From IMG/VR virus record IMGVR_UViG_3300025012_000028, positions 124,001 through 188,000 of that record: a DNA stretch of 64,000 nt, one strand, 5' to 3'. Shown piece after piece: positions 9,754 to 20,149 of the stretch. Within the stretch, counting starts at the first letter, position 1. Each line of letters opens with the position of its first letter. Under the pieces are notes generated by a model that was not told the origin of the DNA, ran no database searches, and worked only from the letters and a program-made list of their open reading frames with translations. The position numbers and the translations under genes were made by a program.

Positions 9754-12106
9754 TCAACTCTCCTTGAGACGGTGATCACCATCTTTTCTCCAAAGATTTT
9801 CCGCAGTCACCTTGACAATTTGCAAAGCTTCTGGGTCTTGAGACAATAGTTCACCGAGCAACATACTTTCGGCCACCTGAGTACACAACCTACTCACATG
9901 GTTATTCAGAAAGGCATATGCAGTAAAAGTATTGTAACCCAACAAAGTTATACATGCGTTATGGAATTGAGTGAGGGTATATCGTGTCATATCCCTAAAC
10001 CTCCTTCTGGTTTCGTTTTTCCCAATCAACAAGGTATTTTTTCATGGCGCTGGCAATATCCCTCGATTTGGTTGCTGCATTATCAGAACCACCACGGATA
10101 GCTCCACCTTTACCAAGGAAGAAATAATGTGGTGTGCTACCAACATGAACTACAACCACCACATATTTGCCGGTACGAGAATCAACTACCTTCCCATCAC
10201 GACCGCCATTCTCTCTGGTGTCGGTGAGGTACATCACCATCTTTTCCTGAATTGTGAGGTTCTTATAAGCCTTTTGTTTAGCCATTGATAAGTTCCTCCA
10301 ATTTTTTATCGAGTTCCTGAATCTCTTCCATTAGACGTTCTTTATCGTATTTCAAGCTGGAAATTTTCCTTTCCTTTTCTTTCGCCAGTCTTATCGTTTT
10401 ATTTTCTTCGGATTCAATCCAATAAACAGAATATCCCATTCCATGATGCGATCTGGAATAATTGGAGGGAGGTACATTTACTACAATGGCTTTATTTCCC
10501 TGCTGCCGGATTTTCTTTGCTTCTTCCTTCACTTCTTCTTTATAGTGGGAATAATGACCAGCGAATAAATACCCCGCCTCTCTTGCTTGTTTCTCGTTCA
10601 TATCCTACCTCCAAACTGGAATTAATATCCGATATGAAAGGAGTATAACAGGATTTAAATTAATGTCAAGAATTAATTTTGACCATAAAATATTGAAACC
10701 CCGCTTCCAGAGTTCTTAAAATGATTTCATCATGATAATCGAATTCATCATATTCATAACTACATATTTCATTTTCATGAACTTTTATGGTCAGTTGCTC
10801 TGGATCTATATTTTGAATTTCTATTTCACTATTGTAATATCCATCGTTATGAAGTACATGAGTGAAACCACCACAGAATGCTTCATACTTGAGATTGGTG
10901 AAGAACTTCGTGAATTTATCGTTCCATTCTTTTTTAGTGTAAGTTTTCAACTTTATTCCCCGATATATACTTTCCAGTTGATGTTGGTTAGATTGGACAC
11001 TTCAATATTCAGATCTTTGAAAAACTTCATCTGAAGTATCGTGTGTTTTAAATTGAAAGTTTCGGACTGACAGTTTTCCCCATCGGAGAAATAGAAACCA
11101 GAAAAACCTTCGGTGTGATCCTCATGGACAGTAATCTCTGTAGACCATCTGGTATGATAATACCCACATGCGACACATTGATATCCTACTCCCATCCCAT
11201 CAAGGTCTTCAATTTCAAAATGGGTTCCCCCACACTCATTACACTTAAAAGGTTCTTTCATCATGCGCTCCCGAATCTATATGATTTAAAACAATCATAT
11301 TCTTCATCGACAATAAATCCGAGTTTTTCAAGTTCTTCTCGATCCACATCGGAAACTCTCATAGGATCAATACAAACCTGCATCACATCATGTTCACAAT
11401 GAGTAGGCCATTCAGGATTCCCATACTTCAGAAATATCTGTAATGCTTTAATTAGATCTTCCATAATTAATTTCCCCCATAAATAGAAACGTATTCTTCA
11501 CCTTCTTGCTCAAGCTTCCGAAGATTTAAAAGCAGATCTTTAAGTTTCATATCCATCCCCTATTTGAGTTGTTTAGAATTGATCCTAGAAATGATTCTAT
11601 CAATGAATTCTTCAGACTTGATATATTCATCGATGATTTTTTTACCAGTGTTTTCATGGTTTGCTAGAATATCCCACGTCTGTCTGTGGATAATATCTTT
11701 GAAAGCTTTAATTGTTTTATCATCGTGGTCGTAGTTTGGTTTGAATAATTTATCAAACAGTTCTGCAACACGTCTATCCAATATTTCAATAAATTCACAT
11801 CTTCTGAGCACATGTGACAAATTATTAATATTAACCTTATCGTCGATGCCCAACCAACTAATGAGTTTACATTTAAGCTTTTGTAACATAAAATCTTTCT
11901 CCTTAATTAGATATTAATAAACTTCCAAGAAAATGGGATGCTGTGACAAACATGAAAACTCCCACAATCCCAACAACACAAAAAACTACTTCACTCCAAT
12001 AATTATCATAGAGGTAGTACCAAACAGAAACCACACCCAAAATAATGAGAGTGATAATTAAAGCACCAACCACAATGACAGATGCACCAAGAATAAATTC
12101 TATCAT
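9754..12106 (-). CDS. run of small early hypothetical proteins (e.g. 9995-10285, 10278-10601, 10666-10950, 10953-11264, 11261-11464, 11560-11889, 11903-12106)
   Basis: Contiguous or overlapping minus-strand ORFs; 10953-11264 has CxxC...CxxC; 11903-12106 has two TM segments. Confidence 0.6.
10642..10669 (-). promoter_or_regulatory. sigma70-type early promoter
   Basis: TTGACA TTAATTTAAATCCTGT TATACT. Confidence 0.8.
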
Positions 12107-12262
12107 TTGAACCCCCTTAATTTCTCATAACAATAATACACAACTCATGCATCATATTGGCATCAATCTTGTTGTGCCTAACCCACATGTGTATGGTTTC
12201 CTTACACTCCACATAGGTCTTATCTTTCAGCCGTTCAACATAATCAGCAAGAGTTGGTTTCA

Positions 12263-13486
12263 TTAGTTCTTTCCCTCGTTGAGAATTTCTTTGTACTTGT
12301 GAGCATAAACGTTCTCGACAAAGTTGATAGTGGCATCGTTCCCTCGCTTGAGGATATGTTTGGGAACATTCACATCAGCTTCCTTGAAAGTTCTTTCCAG
12401 ACGATTGATGATACTGAACTGATCGGCATCGAAAGGATAATCACAATCACATGCCCTCACGAAATCCCAAGCATAATATTTGACACGTTTGAAAAACCTA
12501 ATCAGCTTGACAGGTTTCATTTTGGTCAGGTTGTGGATCATGTGGTTGTTCGCCACAACATTGATCAGTTTATTCTCATGCTTCGTGAACCTCATGAAGT
12601 TGAGGTACGGAGTCAGAATCTTGGCGCTCTCGTGTTCATGACCGTAGTGGTGTCGCCCGTTCCGGTAATCCTCAGACTGAGCAGTAACCGCCTTACCGAC
12701 ATCATGGAACAGAACCGCAAGGAAAACCTGATACGAGTAACCTTTCTCCGCGCAGAGGTCGATACTTTTCATTACATGCTCAAATGCCGTATCGTTGACG
12801 TGGTGGGTATGTTCCGGTCCCGCATAGAAATTGGTCAGATCAGCAAGAGGTTTAAAATGATACTTCAGTGCATCAATTTCATGAAGAAATTTGAAGAACA
12901 TAGAAGGATATTTTGAATCCTCGTATACTTTCTTCAGTTCAGCACATACCCTATCAGTAGGAATGTTTACTAGTTTTTCGACGTTCTGTTTCATAAGATC
13001 CATAGTTTCCACGTCACATTTCAAACAGAAACGAGAAATGAACCTTGCGCCTCTGTAAATGCGAAGTGGATCTTCCACAAATGCGACCGGATTTACACAA
13101 CGAAGGATTTTATTTTTAACGTCCTCCGCGCCGTTGAATGGATCTACAATTTCCCCAGACAGGTAATGTTGTGCAATGCTATTGATGGTAAAATCTCTCC
13201 TACCAAGATCAACTTCAATCTGAACACCAGAATGAACTTCAAAGTCTTGATATTTTTCACCAACACATTTTTCAGAACGAGTCAAAGCAATCTCAGATCC
13301 ATCGGTATTGAGATACACCGGAAAACAATCCCCGACCTTGTTAAGAGTAGGAAAGAACTGTTCAAATGATTCTTGAGATGCTTGGACAGTGTAATCTACA
13401 TCTTTAGGTTCAACCCCCATGATAGCATCACGGACACAACCACCAACTTTATAAAGATGAAATTTTTCAGAAATGGTATCGAGCAT
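12263..13486 (-). CDS. cca: CCA-adding tRNA nucleotidyltransferase with HD domain
   Basis: VGGCVRD, DVD, DLGRRDFTINSIA, EDPLRIYRGARF and LFHDVGK motifs; start MLDTISE after AGGAGG. Confidence 0.9.
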   Translation of the reverse strand: MLDTISEKFHLYKVGGCVRDAIMGVEPKDVDYTVQASQESFEQFFPTLNKVGDCFPVYLNTDGSEIALTRSEKCVGEKYQDFEVHSGVQIEVDLGRRDFTINSIAQHYLSGEIVDPFNGAEDVKNKILRCVNPVAFVEDPLRIYRGARFISRFCLKCDVETMDLMKQNVEKLVNIPTDRVCAELKKVYEDSKYPSMFFKFLHEIDALKYHFKPLADLTNFYAGPEHTHHVNDTAFEHVMKSIDLCAEKGYSYQVFLAVLFHDVGKAVTAQSEDYRNGRHHYGHEHESAKILTPYLNFMRFTKHENKLINVVANNHMIHNLTKMKPVKLIRFFKRVKYYAWDFVRACDCDYPFDADQFSIINRLERTFKEADVNVPKHILKRGNDATINFVENVYAHKYKEILNEGKN

Positions 13487-13521
13487 ATTCCCTCCTAAAT
13501 TGAAATTCCCAACTGCCAAAG

Positions 13522-13550
13522 ATTGTAGCACAATTGGGAATTAAAGTCAA
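13522..13550 (-). promoter_or_regulatory. sigma70-type promoter overlapped by a hairpin
   Basis: TTGACT-17-TACAAT; AATTCCCAA...TTGGGAATT inverted repeat at 13504-13542. Confidence 0.7.
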
Positions 13551-13554
13551 TAGT

Positions 13555-13854
13555 TTATTTTGAATTATTTGTCTGGATGTATTTGGCTCTGAAAAAGTAA
13601 GGGACGGAAATCACTGGATATATTTCTCTATCAAACAGATTTGTGAACACAACATAATTCAATTTGTTTTTGTTACATGGCTCACATGCAACACAGAAAT
13701 TATCCTCACCAATCCCATTTCCCAGATCAACCGGGATGATATGGTCCAAACTCGGTTTCCCGACAATTGGTTTCCGGCAATAGAGACAAATCCCATTTTG
13801 TTCTTGGAATTTCTTTTCCCTCATTTCAATTCTAAATTGGTGCGACTCCCTCAT
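13555..13854 (-). CDS. small HNH endonuclease
   Basis: CLYC...SLDHIIP...G.G.DN..ACEPCNKNK. Confidence 0.85.
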   Translation of the reverse strand: MRESHQFRIEMREKKFQEQNGICLYCRKPIVGKPSLDHIIPVDLGNGIGEDNFCVACEPCNKNKLNYVVFTNLFDREIYPVISVPYFFRAKYIQTNNSK

Positions 13855-13855
13855 T

Positions 13856-14089
13856 TTAAAAATGTCTCCATGTTATGGGTGAACCCTTATGAATTGTCAC
13901 GATCACTTTCTTCTTGACCACCATACAATAACCGCTGATATAAACGTAAGTGACCTTCTTGAGTTTTTCTTTCTGTCCTGATTTATAAAATGATTTTAAT
14001 TTATCAATCACTTTAGTATCAGAATATTTTGCCCCTGTCCGTTCACGAAATCTATCAATTACATGGCGAGACACGATTAAATCTTCCAA
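13856..14089 (-). CDS. small basic hypothetical protein (possible RelE/DUF4258-like fold)
   Basis: SRHVIDRFRER...VIVTI; TTG start after AGGAGG. Confidence 0.45.
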   Translation of the reverse strand: MEDLIVSRHVIDRFRERTGAKYSDTKVIDKLKSFYKSGQKEKLKKVTYVYISGYCMVVKKKVIVTIHKGSPITWRHF

Positions 14090-14096
14090 AACAAAA

Positions 14097-14149
14097 AACC
14101 CTCCTAGAAAATATGGTAGGAATATACCACCTTCTAGGAGGGAAGTCAA
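14097..14149 (-). terminator. terminator hairpin ending the late effector array, overlapping a sigma70 promoter
   Basis: CCCTCCTAGAA...TTCTAGGAGGG followed by a U-tract on the minus strand; TTGACT-17-TATATT at 14121-14149. Confidence 0.75.
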
Positions 14150-14167
14150 CAATTATTTTAAGTTTAA

Positions 14168-15220
14168 TTATTTTGTCATAAATTTTACAAAAGCTTCACC
14201 GTCTTCAGACCTATCTTCAGAAAAAGTTAACTTTTTAGGAAACATATCTCTAACATGTTGAAGTAATTCAGACATAATGCCTTGTCTTCTATATTCGGGT
14301 TTGGTATAAATATTTGCTACATGTCCTATTCCTCGTTTATTACTTAATACCTGAATTACCGCTATATGCTGTTCATTTTCATATTTTAAAAATCTATAAC
14401 TTCCATATTTATCTTTTAATACTTTAACTGTAGGTGACAAAATTTCTTCTTTTTCAACACCAACATAAGGATGTTCTTTATTTAGGAAAGAAACTAAAGT
14501 TTCATTACTTCTAATACTCTCAAATATATTATTACTTTCCCCATCAAACATTCCTCGGTTGTCCACATGCTTAATCTGGAACGGGAAAAATGCGACCCAA
14601 TGAGTTCTTCCGTTAGGATGCTTCTTAAACACTCCGTCATATCCTAAAGCTTGATATATTTTCCAATTGAATTCTTTAGGATGATCTGAATAAAAATCAT
14701 TCGCCAAAGAGAATAGACCTTTCACGATATTATCATTCTCAATAACATGAATTTCCGTTGCGGCTCTGATTACTTTTTCTTTGCCTTCCCATTCAACATC
14801 ACCATAATTGGAAAGTGCGTCTGCTAATTCGGGCGAACGTTTAATAAAGAAATTGATTTTATCATATTTCACATTTCCAATCTTATCAGCATCAAGTGGT
14901 TTCTTAATACAAAGATAGACCGGATGAACTGTAGGATTGTCAGACCCGCCTAATTTAGAACCTTTGGTGGATTCCGTCTTTCCTGTATATCCTTCCGCTT
15001 CTGTAATGTCGGTTGTAAAATAAAATCCACTACCAAGCTGATCAGCACCCTGATTAGTAAACTCATATTTAAATTCTTCTATGGCAGTTCCAGATCCATG
15101 ATAGCAAACTAATGGTTGTTTATTTTCGTCAACGACCTTGGAACCCCTAAACCATTTCCTGAACTTAGGGTTCTTGGTGACATCTAATGCTTCAGATAGA
15201 AATTGTTTAAAAGATATCAT
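14168..15220 (-). CDS. leader-tagged putative internal head protein: ART-PolyVal-like ADP-ribosyltransferase plus C-terminal GNAT
   Basis: MISFKQFLSE leader; YHGS...GSGFYFT...PVYL.IKKP...LGYDGV...VAF...QIK; GNAT motif A IYTKPEYRRQGIMSELL. Confidence 0.75.
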   Translation of the reverse strand: MISFKQFLSEALDVTKNPKFRKWFRGSKVVDENKQPLVCYHGSGTAIEEFKYEFTNQGADQLGSGFYFTTDITEAEGYTGKTESTKGSKLGGSDNPTVHPVYLCIKKPLDADKIGNVKYDKINFFIKRSPELADALSNYGDVEWEGKEKVIRAATEIHVIENDNIVKGLFSLANDFYSDHPKEFNWKIYQALGYDGVFKKHPNGRTHWVAFFPFQIKHVDNRGMFDGESNNIFESIRSNETLVSFLNKEHPYVGVEKEEILSPTVKVLKDKYGSYRFLKYENEQHIAVIQVLSNKRGIGHVANIYTKPEYRRQGIMSELLQHVRDMFPKKLTFSEDRSEDGEAFVKFMTK

Positions 15221-16287
15221 TCGAACTCTCCAAAAACATTATCGACAAGATACTTCAGCGTTTTCCAAATACCAGACGAAGTAATACTTTCAAATGCCTT
15301 TTCATCTCTATGTGGATTATTTCTCATTTCTTTGTAGCTAGTCCACACATCTTCGAAGCGTATAAAGAACTCTTGTGGGTTTTCATATACATAATTGTAT
15401 GTCGCACCAGTGAACACTCTCTGTTCCCAAACACTATTATCTTCATAGATATTGAAACTAAGTTTGACATATTTATTTCTTCTATCTTCGTTATAACTTG
15501 CGACTTTTATTTCTTTCATCTCAGGAAGTTGTTCCACTTCTTTATAATAATGCCAATCTCTATCGACATGTCTAAAAGATAAATCTAATGCCGCCTGACA
15601 TCTAGTTTCTGCCCATCGTTCCGATGACCAACCTGATGGTAATTTGTTTCTCATGTGGTTGAGTACATTGACTATTAGATCAATCTTAGGGAAATTGAAA
15701 ATTTTCAATGGAATGTTATAATGGTCACACCAAGATTCGAATACATCAAAATTCATTGGATCATCAAATTGGTTAAACACTTCCACAGCTCCACCTAAAA
15801 TTTCAGGATAAACCGCAACAGCAATTTTACTATACTTGTGTGCGGCATCATAATGTTTATCTATTATAAAATAGAATTTAATTCCTTTGTTTACGTAGGA
15901 GTTCCAGTGTGCTGGTGTGCTTTCTGTAATACACCATTTAGTTCCTGCACCATACTTGCGACTGGCCTCATGACTTCTAATATGATAAACATAAAACTCT
16001 TCATTCTCAAATATTTTGTCTGCATCTTTCGTTTTTACAATTTTTGTTTTGCGCTCAACTTCCTTATCTCTTTTCTTATCCACAAACTGATAGAATGACC
16101 AAAACCCTTTTGGTATCCAATAAGAAATATCTTTTTCACTTCCAGATAATTGATTTTTTGCTTTTAATTCTTTGAACCATTCGATATATTTATCAATATC
16201 TTTATCATTGTAATCCGGATTTCTCCAAACTCGTTTGGCATCGGCAAAGGATTCTACCAACAATATATAGGATTTGAAAGAAATCAT
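15217..16287 (-). CDS. leader-tagged putative internal head protein, PcfJ-like domain
   Basis: MISFKSYILLVE leader; EASRKYGAGTKWCIT...W.SY...FYFI motif. Confidence 0.6.
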   Translation of the reverse strand: MISFKSYILLVESFADAKRVWRNPDYNDKDIDKYIEWFKELKAKNQLSGSEKDISYWIPKGFWSFYQFVDKKRDKEVERKTKIVKTKDADKIFENEEFYVYHIRSHEASRKYGAGTKWCITESTPAHWNSYVNKGIKFYFIIDKHYDAAHKYSKIAVAVYPEILGGAVEVFNQFDDPMNFDVFESWCDHYNIPLKIFNFPKIDLIVNVLNHMRNKLPSGWSSERWAETRCQAALDLSFRHVDRDWHYYKEVEQLPEMKEIKVASYNEDRRNKYVKLSFNIYEDNSVWEQRVFTGATYNYVYENPQEFFIRFEDVWTSYKEMRNNPHRDEKAFESITSSGIWKTLKYLVDNVFGEFE

Positions 16288-16499
16288 TTTATTTCCTTGA
16301 TATTATATGAATCGGGTGTGCGCCTAAAATAACTCTCCACCGATCTTCCTAGTTTCTTTGATAACCCAAAACACATTTTCTTGAATGCTTCATCCTGACT
16401 TGCCGCTTCAGTAGACAGATAATGATTTTCTTTATGGTAGCAGAATGTTCCTTTGAATTTGGATGCTTCCGAAAGATATTGTTTAAATCTAATCATCAC
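16284..16499 (-). CDS. small leader-tagged putative internal head protein
   Basis: MMIRFKQYLSE leader; 71 aa, basic, similar in size to T4 IPI. Confidence 0.65.
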   Translation of the reverse strand: MMIRFKQYLSEASKFKGTFCYHKENHYLSTEAASQDEAFKKMCFGLSKKLGRSVESYFRRTPDSYNIKEIK

Positions 16500-17418
16500 T
16501 TCTCACCTTAGCATCTTTCCATTTGTTAGACAAGAATTCAATTACTTCTTTTGTCGATTTGAGTTTATATCGATGCATTCTCTTCACAAGCTTCTCGACA
16601 CTCATAGATTTAATTTCATCACTTTTATTATTGTGTATATCATTATTTAGAGTTGCTAAAGAGTCACCACGATAGTTATGATAAACTATTTCATATCTTA
16701 AATCATCTGCTTCTGAAGAAAGATCTTTGACTTCATCTTTATCGAATAACTCGACATAGAGATTTATTTTTTCTGGTCTACCACCCATACCACTTTTCAC
16801 TTTTTTCTTATTCAGAAGCATGAATGATTCAAAGTCTTCATAAAAATAAACTGGAATGCTATAAACGTTTGAATAATCAAGTATCTTTTTGTACATTCTA
16901 TTTCTTTCCCATGCATTGTGTTGATCATTCAGAGAAAGTTTTTCAAACGCTTTATAGTCGGAATTAATGAGAAGGTAATTCTTATCTACCATAATATGAA
17001 TTTCTTTGATATATTCATGTGCATTTTCGATTATGGATGTGGGAGAAAAGATTCTGTCCTCATTCTCTTGGTTACGCAACCGCATATCAAGAGATACACT
17101 CGGTCTTCTGAAAGATGGCCCCCAATAATCTACACTCTTACCGGAAAGATTATGAGAAAGTTTCGTACCATCCAACACAAGATTGACCTGTTCGGAATTA
17201 CCAAAGCTTCTAGCATAACCACCATATTTAATTCTACTGGTAGAAAAATAAAATGGTTTAAACTTTTTCCCTTTGTACATCTGATCTGAAGCAGTTCCTA
17301 AATCAGATGCTAATCTAAACTTATCATCTTTAAGAATTGATACTAGTTTATGAACACCAGTATGATGATAGAGAATGGGTGATACACCTTCTATAAGAAA
17401 CTCTTTGAAAGATATCAT
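16489..17418 (-). CDS. leader-tagged putative internal head protein, ART-fold candidate
   Basis: MISFKEFLIE leader; LYHHT...IL, FSTSR and ENEDR (H / STS / ExE arrangement). Confidence 0.55.
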   Translation of the reverse strand: MISFKEFLIEGVSPILYHHTGVHKLVSILKDDKFRLASDLGTASDQMYKGKKFKPFYFSTSRIKYGGYARSFGNSEQVNLVLDGTKLSHNLSGKSVDYWGPSFRRPSVSLDMRLRNQENEDRIFSPTSIIENAHEYIKEIHIMVDKNYLLINSDYKAFEKLSLNDQHNAWERNRMYKKILDYSNVYSIPVYFYEDFESFMLLNKKKVKSGMGGRPEKINLYVELFDKDEVKDLSSEADDLRYEIVYHNYRGDSLATLNNDIHNNKSDEIKSMSVEKLVKRMHRYKLKSTKEVIEFLSNKWKDAKVRSDD

Positions 17419-17693
17419 TTTGGGATGTCCTGTACTTTTATTATTTTTGTAATTTTAGCATATTTTGGATGTACATAATCCAACCTATCAAATAAAACAT
17501 GAGCACGTTTAAGTGTCATTACTTCTGGTTCATCTGTTATATGAATATCATAACCACCCCAACCTATAAATTGTTTAATCCCTTTACGTTTTCCTACATA
17601 AATTACATATTCTTCTCTACCACTATTTCCAATTTTAGTGAGATAATCATCTAATGCTTTATCTTCCTTTATGAATTCTTTAAATGAAATCAT
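17415..17693 (-). CDS. small leader-tagged putative internal head protein
   Basis: MISFKEFIKE leader; ATGA overlaps at both ends. Confidence 0.7.
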   Translation of the reverse strand: MISFKEFIKEDKALDDYLTKIGNSGREEYVIYVGKRKGIKQFIGWGGYDIHITDEPEVMTLKRAHVLFDRLDYVHPKYAKITKIIKVQDIPK

Positions 17694-18508
17694 TTTTTCT
17701 TCCTTATCTTAACTAAAGAATCATCAAACAGAACATAATTCAATTCATTACTACTATCCCCAAAGTATTTAGTTCCGGCGATACCAATAGAAGCAAAATA
17801 CAAAGATGCTTCTTTGGCTGAACCAAATATATGTTTAGCTAGTCCATATATTTGTTCACCACTCTGGTTCCAAAATCTATATGATTCATTTTTTAAAACA
17901 TCATTCAGTGGGATTGACTTTACTTCATCCCCCATATCTTGAAGAATTCCTTTAGGATGAGCCTTCTCAAATAAAGGAATGAGTTTCTTTTTTATTGGTT
18001 CGCTCTGTTCTTTGAGAGATTTATTCCAATGAAGAAATTCATCTTCTGAAGGAATGATATCTACATGATACAATTTACCTTTTGACTTCTTAACTTCTCT
18101 TTGTTGATTGATATTCTGTGCTATTTCATCCATCTTTTTATAATAACCCAAACCATTATCTTTAGTCCACTCTTCTCCATTCAGAGCATCATTCAACATA
18201 CCAGATATAAACTTCTTTGCTTTTTTCAGACCCATAGTATAAATTAAATCTGCTGCTTTTTGTTCAGGTGTTCCAGCTTTAGTTTTAATTCCATTTATTT
18301 CGTAGAACCAAGGAACCGGAGCATCACCAACCTTTTTACCTATATACCATTCAGCAACTTCCTTCTTAGAACTGAAATATAAACCCCACCCATATGCAGC
18401 AGCACCCTCACCACTACCGATATGTTGAAGTTTGAACTCATCAAAATCGTAGGGTGATCCATGATAAGCAATCGGAGATTCAATTAAAAACTTTTTGAAT
18501 GATATCAC
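17690..18508 (-). CDS. leader-tagged putative internal head protein, ART-PolyVal-like domain
   Basis: GTG start MISFKKFLIE; AYHGSP.DFDEF...GSGEGAAAYGWGLYFS...Y, GKLY.V, GIAG.KY and NYVLFDD motifs. Confidence 0.75.
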   Translation of the reverse strand: MISFKKFLIESPIAYHGSPYDFDEFKLQHIGSGEGAAAYGWGLYFSSKKEVAEWYIGKKVGDAPVPWFYEINGIKTKAGTPEQKAADLIYTMGLKKAKKFISGMLNDALNGEEWTKDNGLGYYKKMDEIAQNINQQREVKKSKGKLYHVDIIPSEDEFLHWNKSLKEQSEPIKKKLIPLFEKAHPKGILQDMGDEVKSIPLNDVLKNESYRFWNQSGEQIYGLAKHIFGSAKEASLYFASIGIAGTKYFGDSSNELNYVLFDDSLVKIRKKK

Positions 18509-20090
18509 TCACCCTCCCCATCTGTTTTCCACTGCATAACATCTTTAAAGATAAGATATTCATTATCACTGAACCACCCACTTCTCAACCTAAGATGTTT
18601 GACCTCATTGGCGATTGTGGTTTCAACTGGTTCTTGGTGATATTTATCCTTATCCCCTCCTACAAAACCTTTCTTTTTGAACTTGGTGTTGTCGTGGTAA
18701 ATTTTATCTAAAAGCGCCAACATCTGCTCTGCGCCCTGTGAATATTTTTTCTCGTGCTCATGTCCTTCCCAAGATGCTTTCTCGTCCTCTAGGTAATCCT
18801 CAAGCGTTTTACCGGCATTTGTTTTCATCTGTACATATGACGCTTCAATATATGCTCGATACCACTCTTGATCTGAAAGAGGTTCCCATTTAACCCCATA
18901 AATTTCGGCAAGAGTTGTGATATCAGATTCATAAGATTTGATCAGTTTGATATTATCTAATTTTCTTTTTTCATGTCTTGCGTCTACTTCTTTCGATTCC
19001 ATCTCTTTACGAGAAAATTCAGGAACAAAATCGGTTCTGTCCTTCAGAGTTTTCCAATCTTCACCAATCTCTTTGGCTATATCAATAAATTTAGTTTCGG
19101 CATCCCACGAAAAGTTATAAGGTTCCTTCTCCGAATAGATGTTAACTCTGATTCTATGGTGATCATACTTTTTAGAATATTTGTGGGGCTTCTCACCCAG
19201 ATTAAGATTATCCATATAGGATTGAGGGAAAGAAAATTCTGTATCAATCCTTCTACCTTTCTTAGTCCATGACTTTTCTTTGCTAAATTCTTTGATTTTA
19301 TCTCCAATCTGCATGGCGATCATAGCCGCAAGCTTCCTATGTAACTTAGCTTCATCTTTTGATGTTCCTAAACCACCAGCAGAAAGATATTCGGATTTGG
19401 GATTTAGTTCATAAATGTCTACGATCTTGAAGAACTTCTTATTGAAGAACACGGCTTGCCACGGTTCCCTATCATTGATGATTGCCGACTTTTGGTTTCT
19501 GGCTTCATCAATAAGTCCATCATAGCCCAAGGATTTCCAGAACTGCATTTGTTCTTCGCCAGTTTTTAATTCAGGTTTCACATCATCAAAATATCTATTC
19601 TTCTGAAAATAGAATTCTTCTGGATTTGAAACCTGTGACATTTTAAATAAAGCTTGTTTGTCGTTACATTTATATCTTTTTTAGCTGCTTTGAGATAGTA
19701 ATCATTCAATCCCAACGCTCTAAGAATCCTATCCATGATATGATTCTGCATGGTCTGAAGGTGGAGAATGTTAGGTGAACCAACTAACTCAATAACTCTG
19801 AGGAATCTAGCTCCACGACCATACCAAACGTCTGCGGGATGCTGGCATAAATAAGATAAAGGATAAAGGTAAATTCCTTCTGGGTCTGAGTGGGAGGAGT
19901 CTCGTTGGTGTGGTGATGAAAAATTCTTATTTAAAATATCGGTGTCGGGATTCATTGTAAAATTACACCAATATTGATTTTCAGATGATGTTTTTAATAT
20001 TTTATTCCATTTTTTATAAAATAAATGGAATTGCTTGGGATAGATATCATGAAAATGAATCTCAGTTAAAAAGCTTTTGAAAGAAATCAT
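18505..20090 (-). pseudogene. leader-tagged ART-like gene split by a -1 frameshift (ORFs 19578-20090 and 18505-19641)
   Basis: Leader MISFKSFLTE and PEGIYLYP lie in the 5' ORF; LGYDGLID...EPWQAVFFN lies in the 3' ORF; the second frame opens exactly at the A6 run 19677-19682. Confidence 0.7.
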
Positions 20091-20115
20091 TATTATGCCT
20101 CTGTGTGTTTAAAAT

Positions 20116-20123
20116 TATTTATA
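20116..20123 (-). promoter_or_regulatory. T4-type late promoter TATAAATA
   Basis: Exact consensus about 25 nt upstream of the MISFK start at 20090. Confidence 0.75.
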
Positions 20124-20149
20124 AAATCTATATTGAGGATAAACCAATC

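Noticed and set aside
12254-12916. Long plus-strand ORFs (e.g. 12254-12916, 181-663, 28813-29376, 29422-29964, 35299-35871)
   Set aside because: They are antisense shadows of well-supported minus-strand genes, without motifs or clear RBS.
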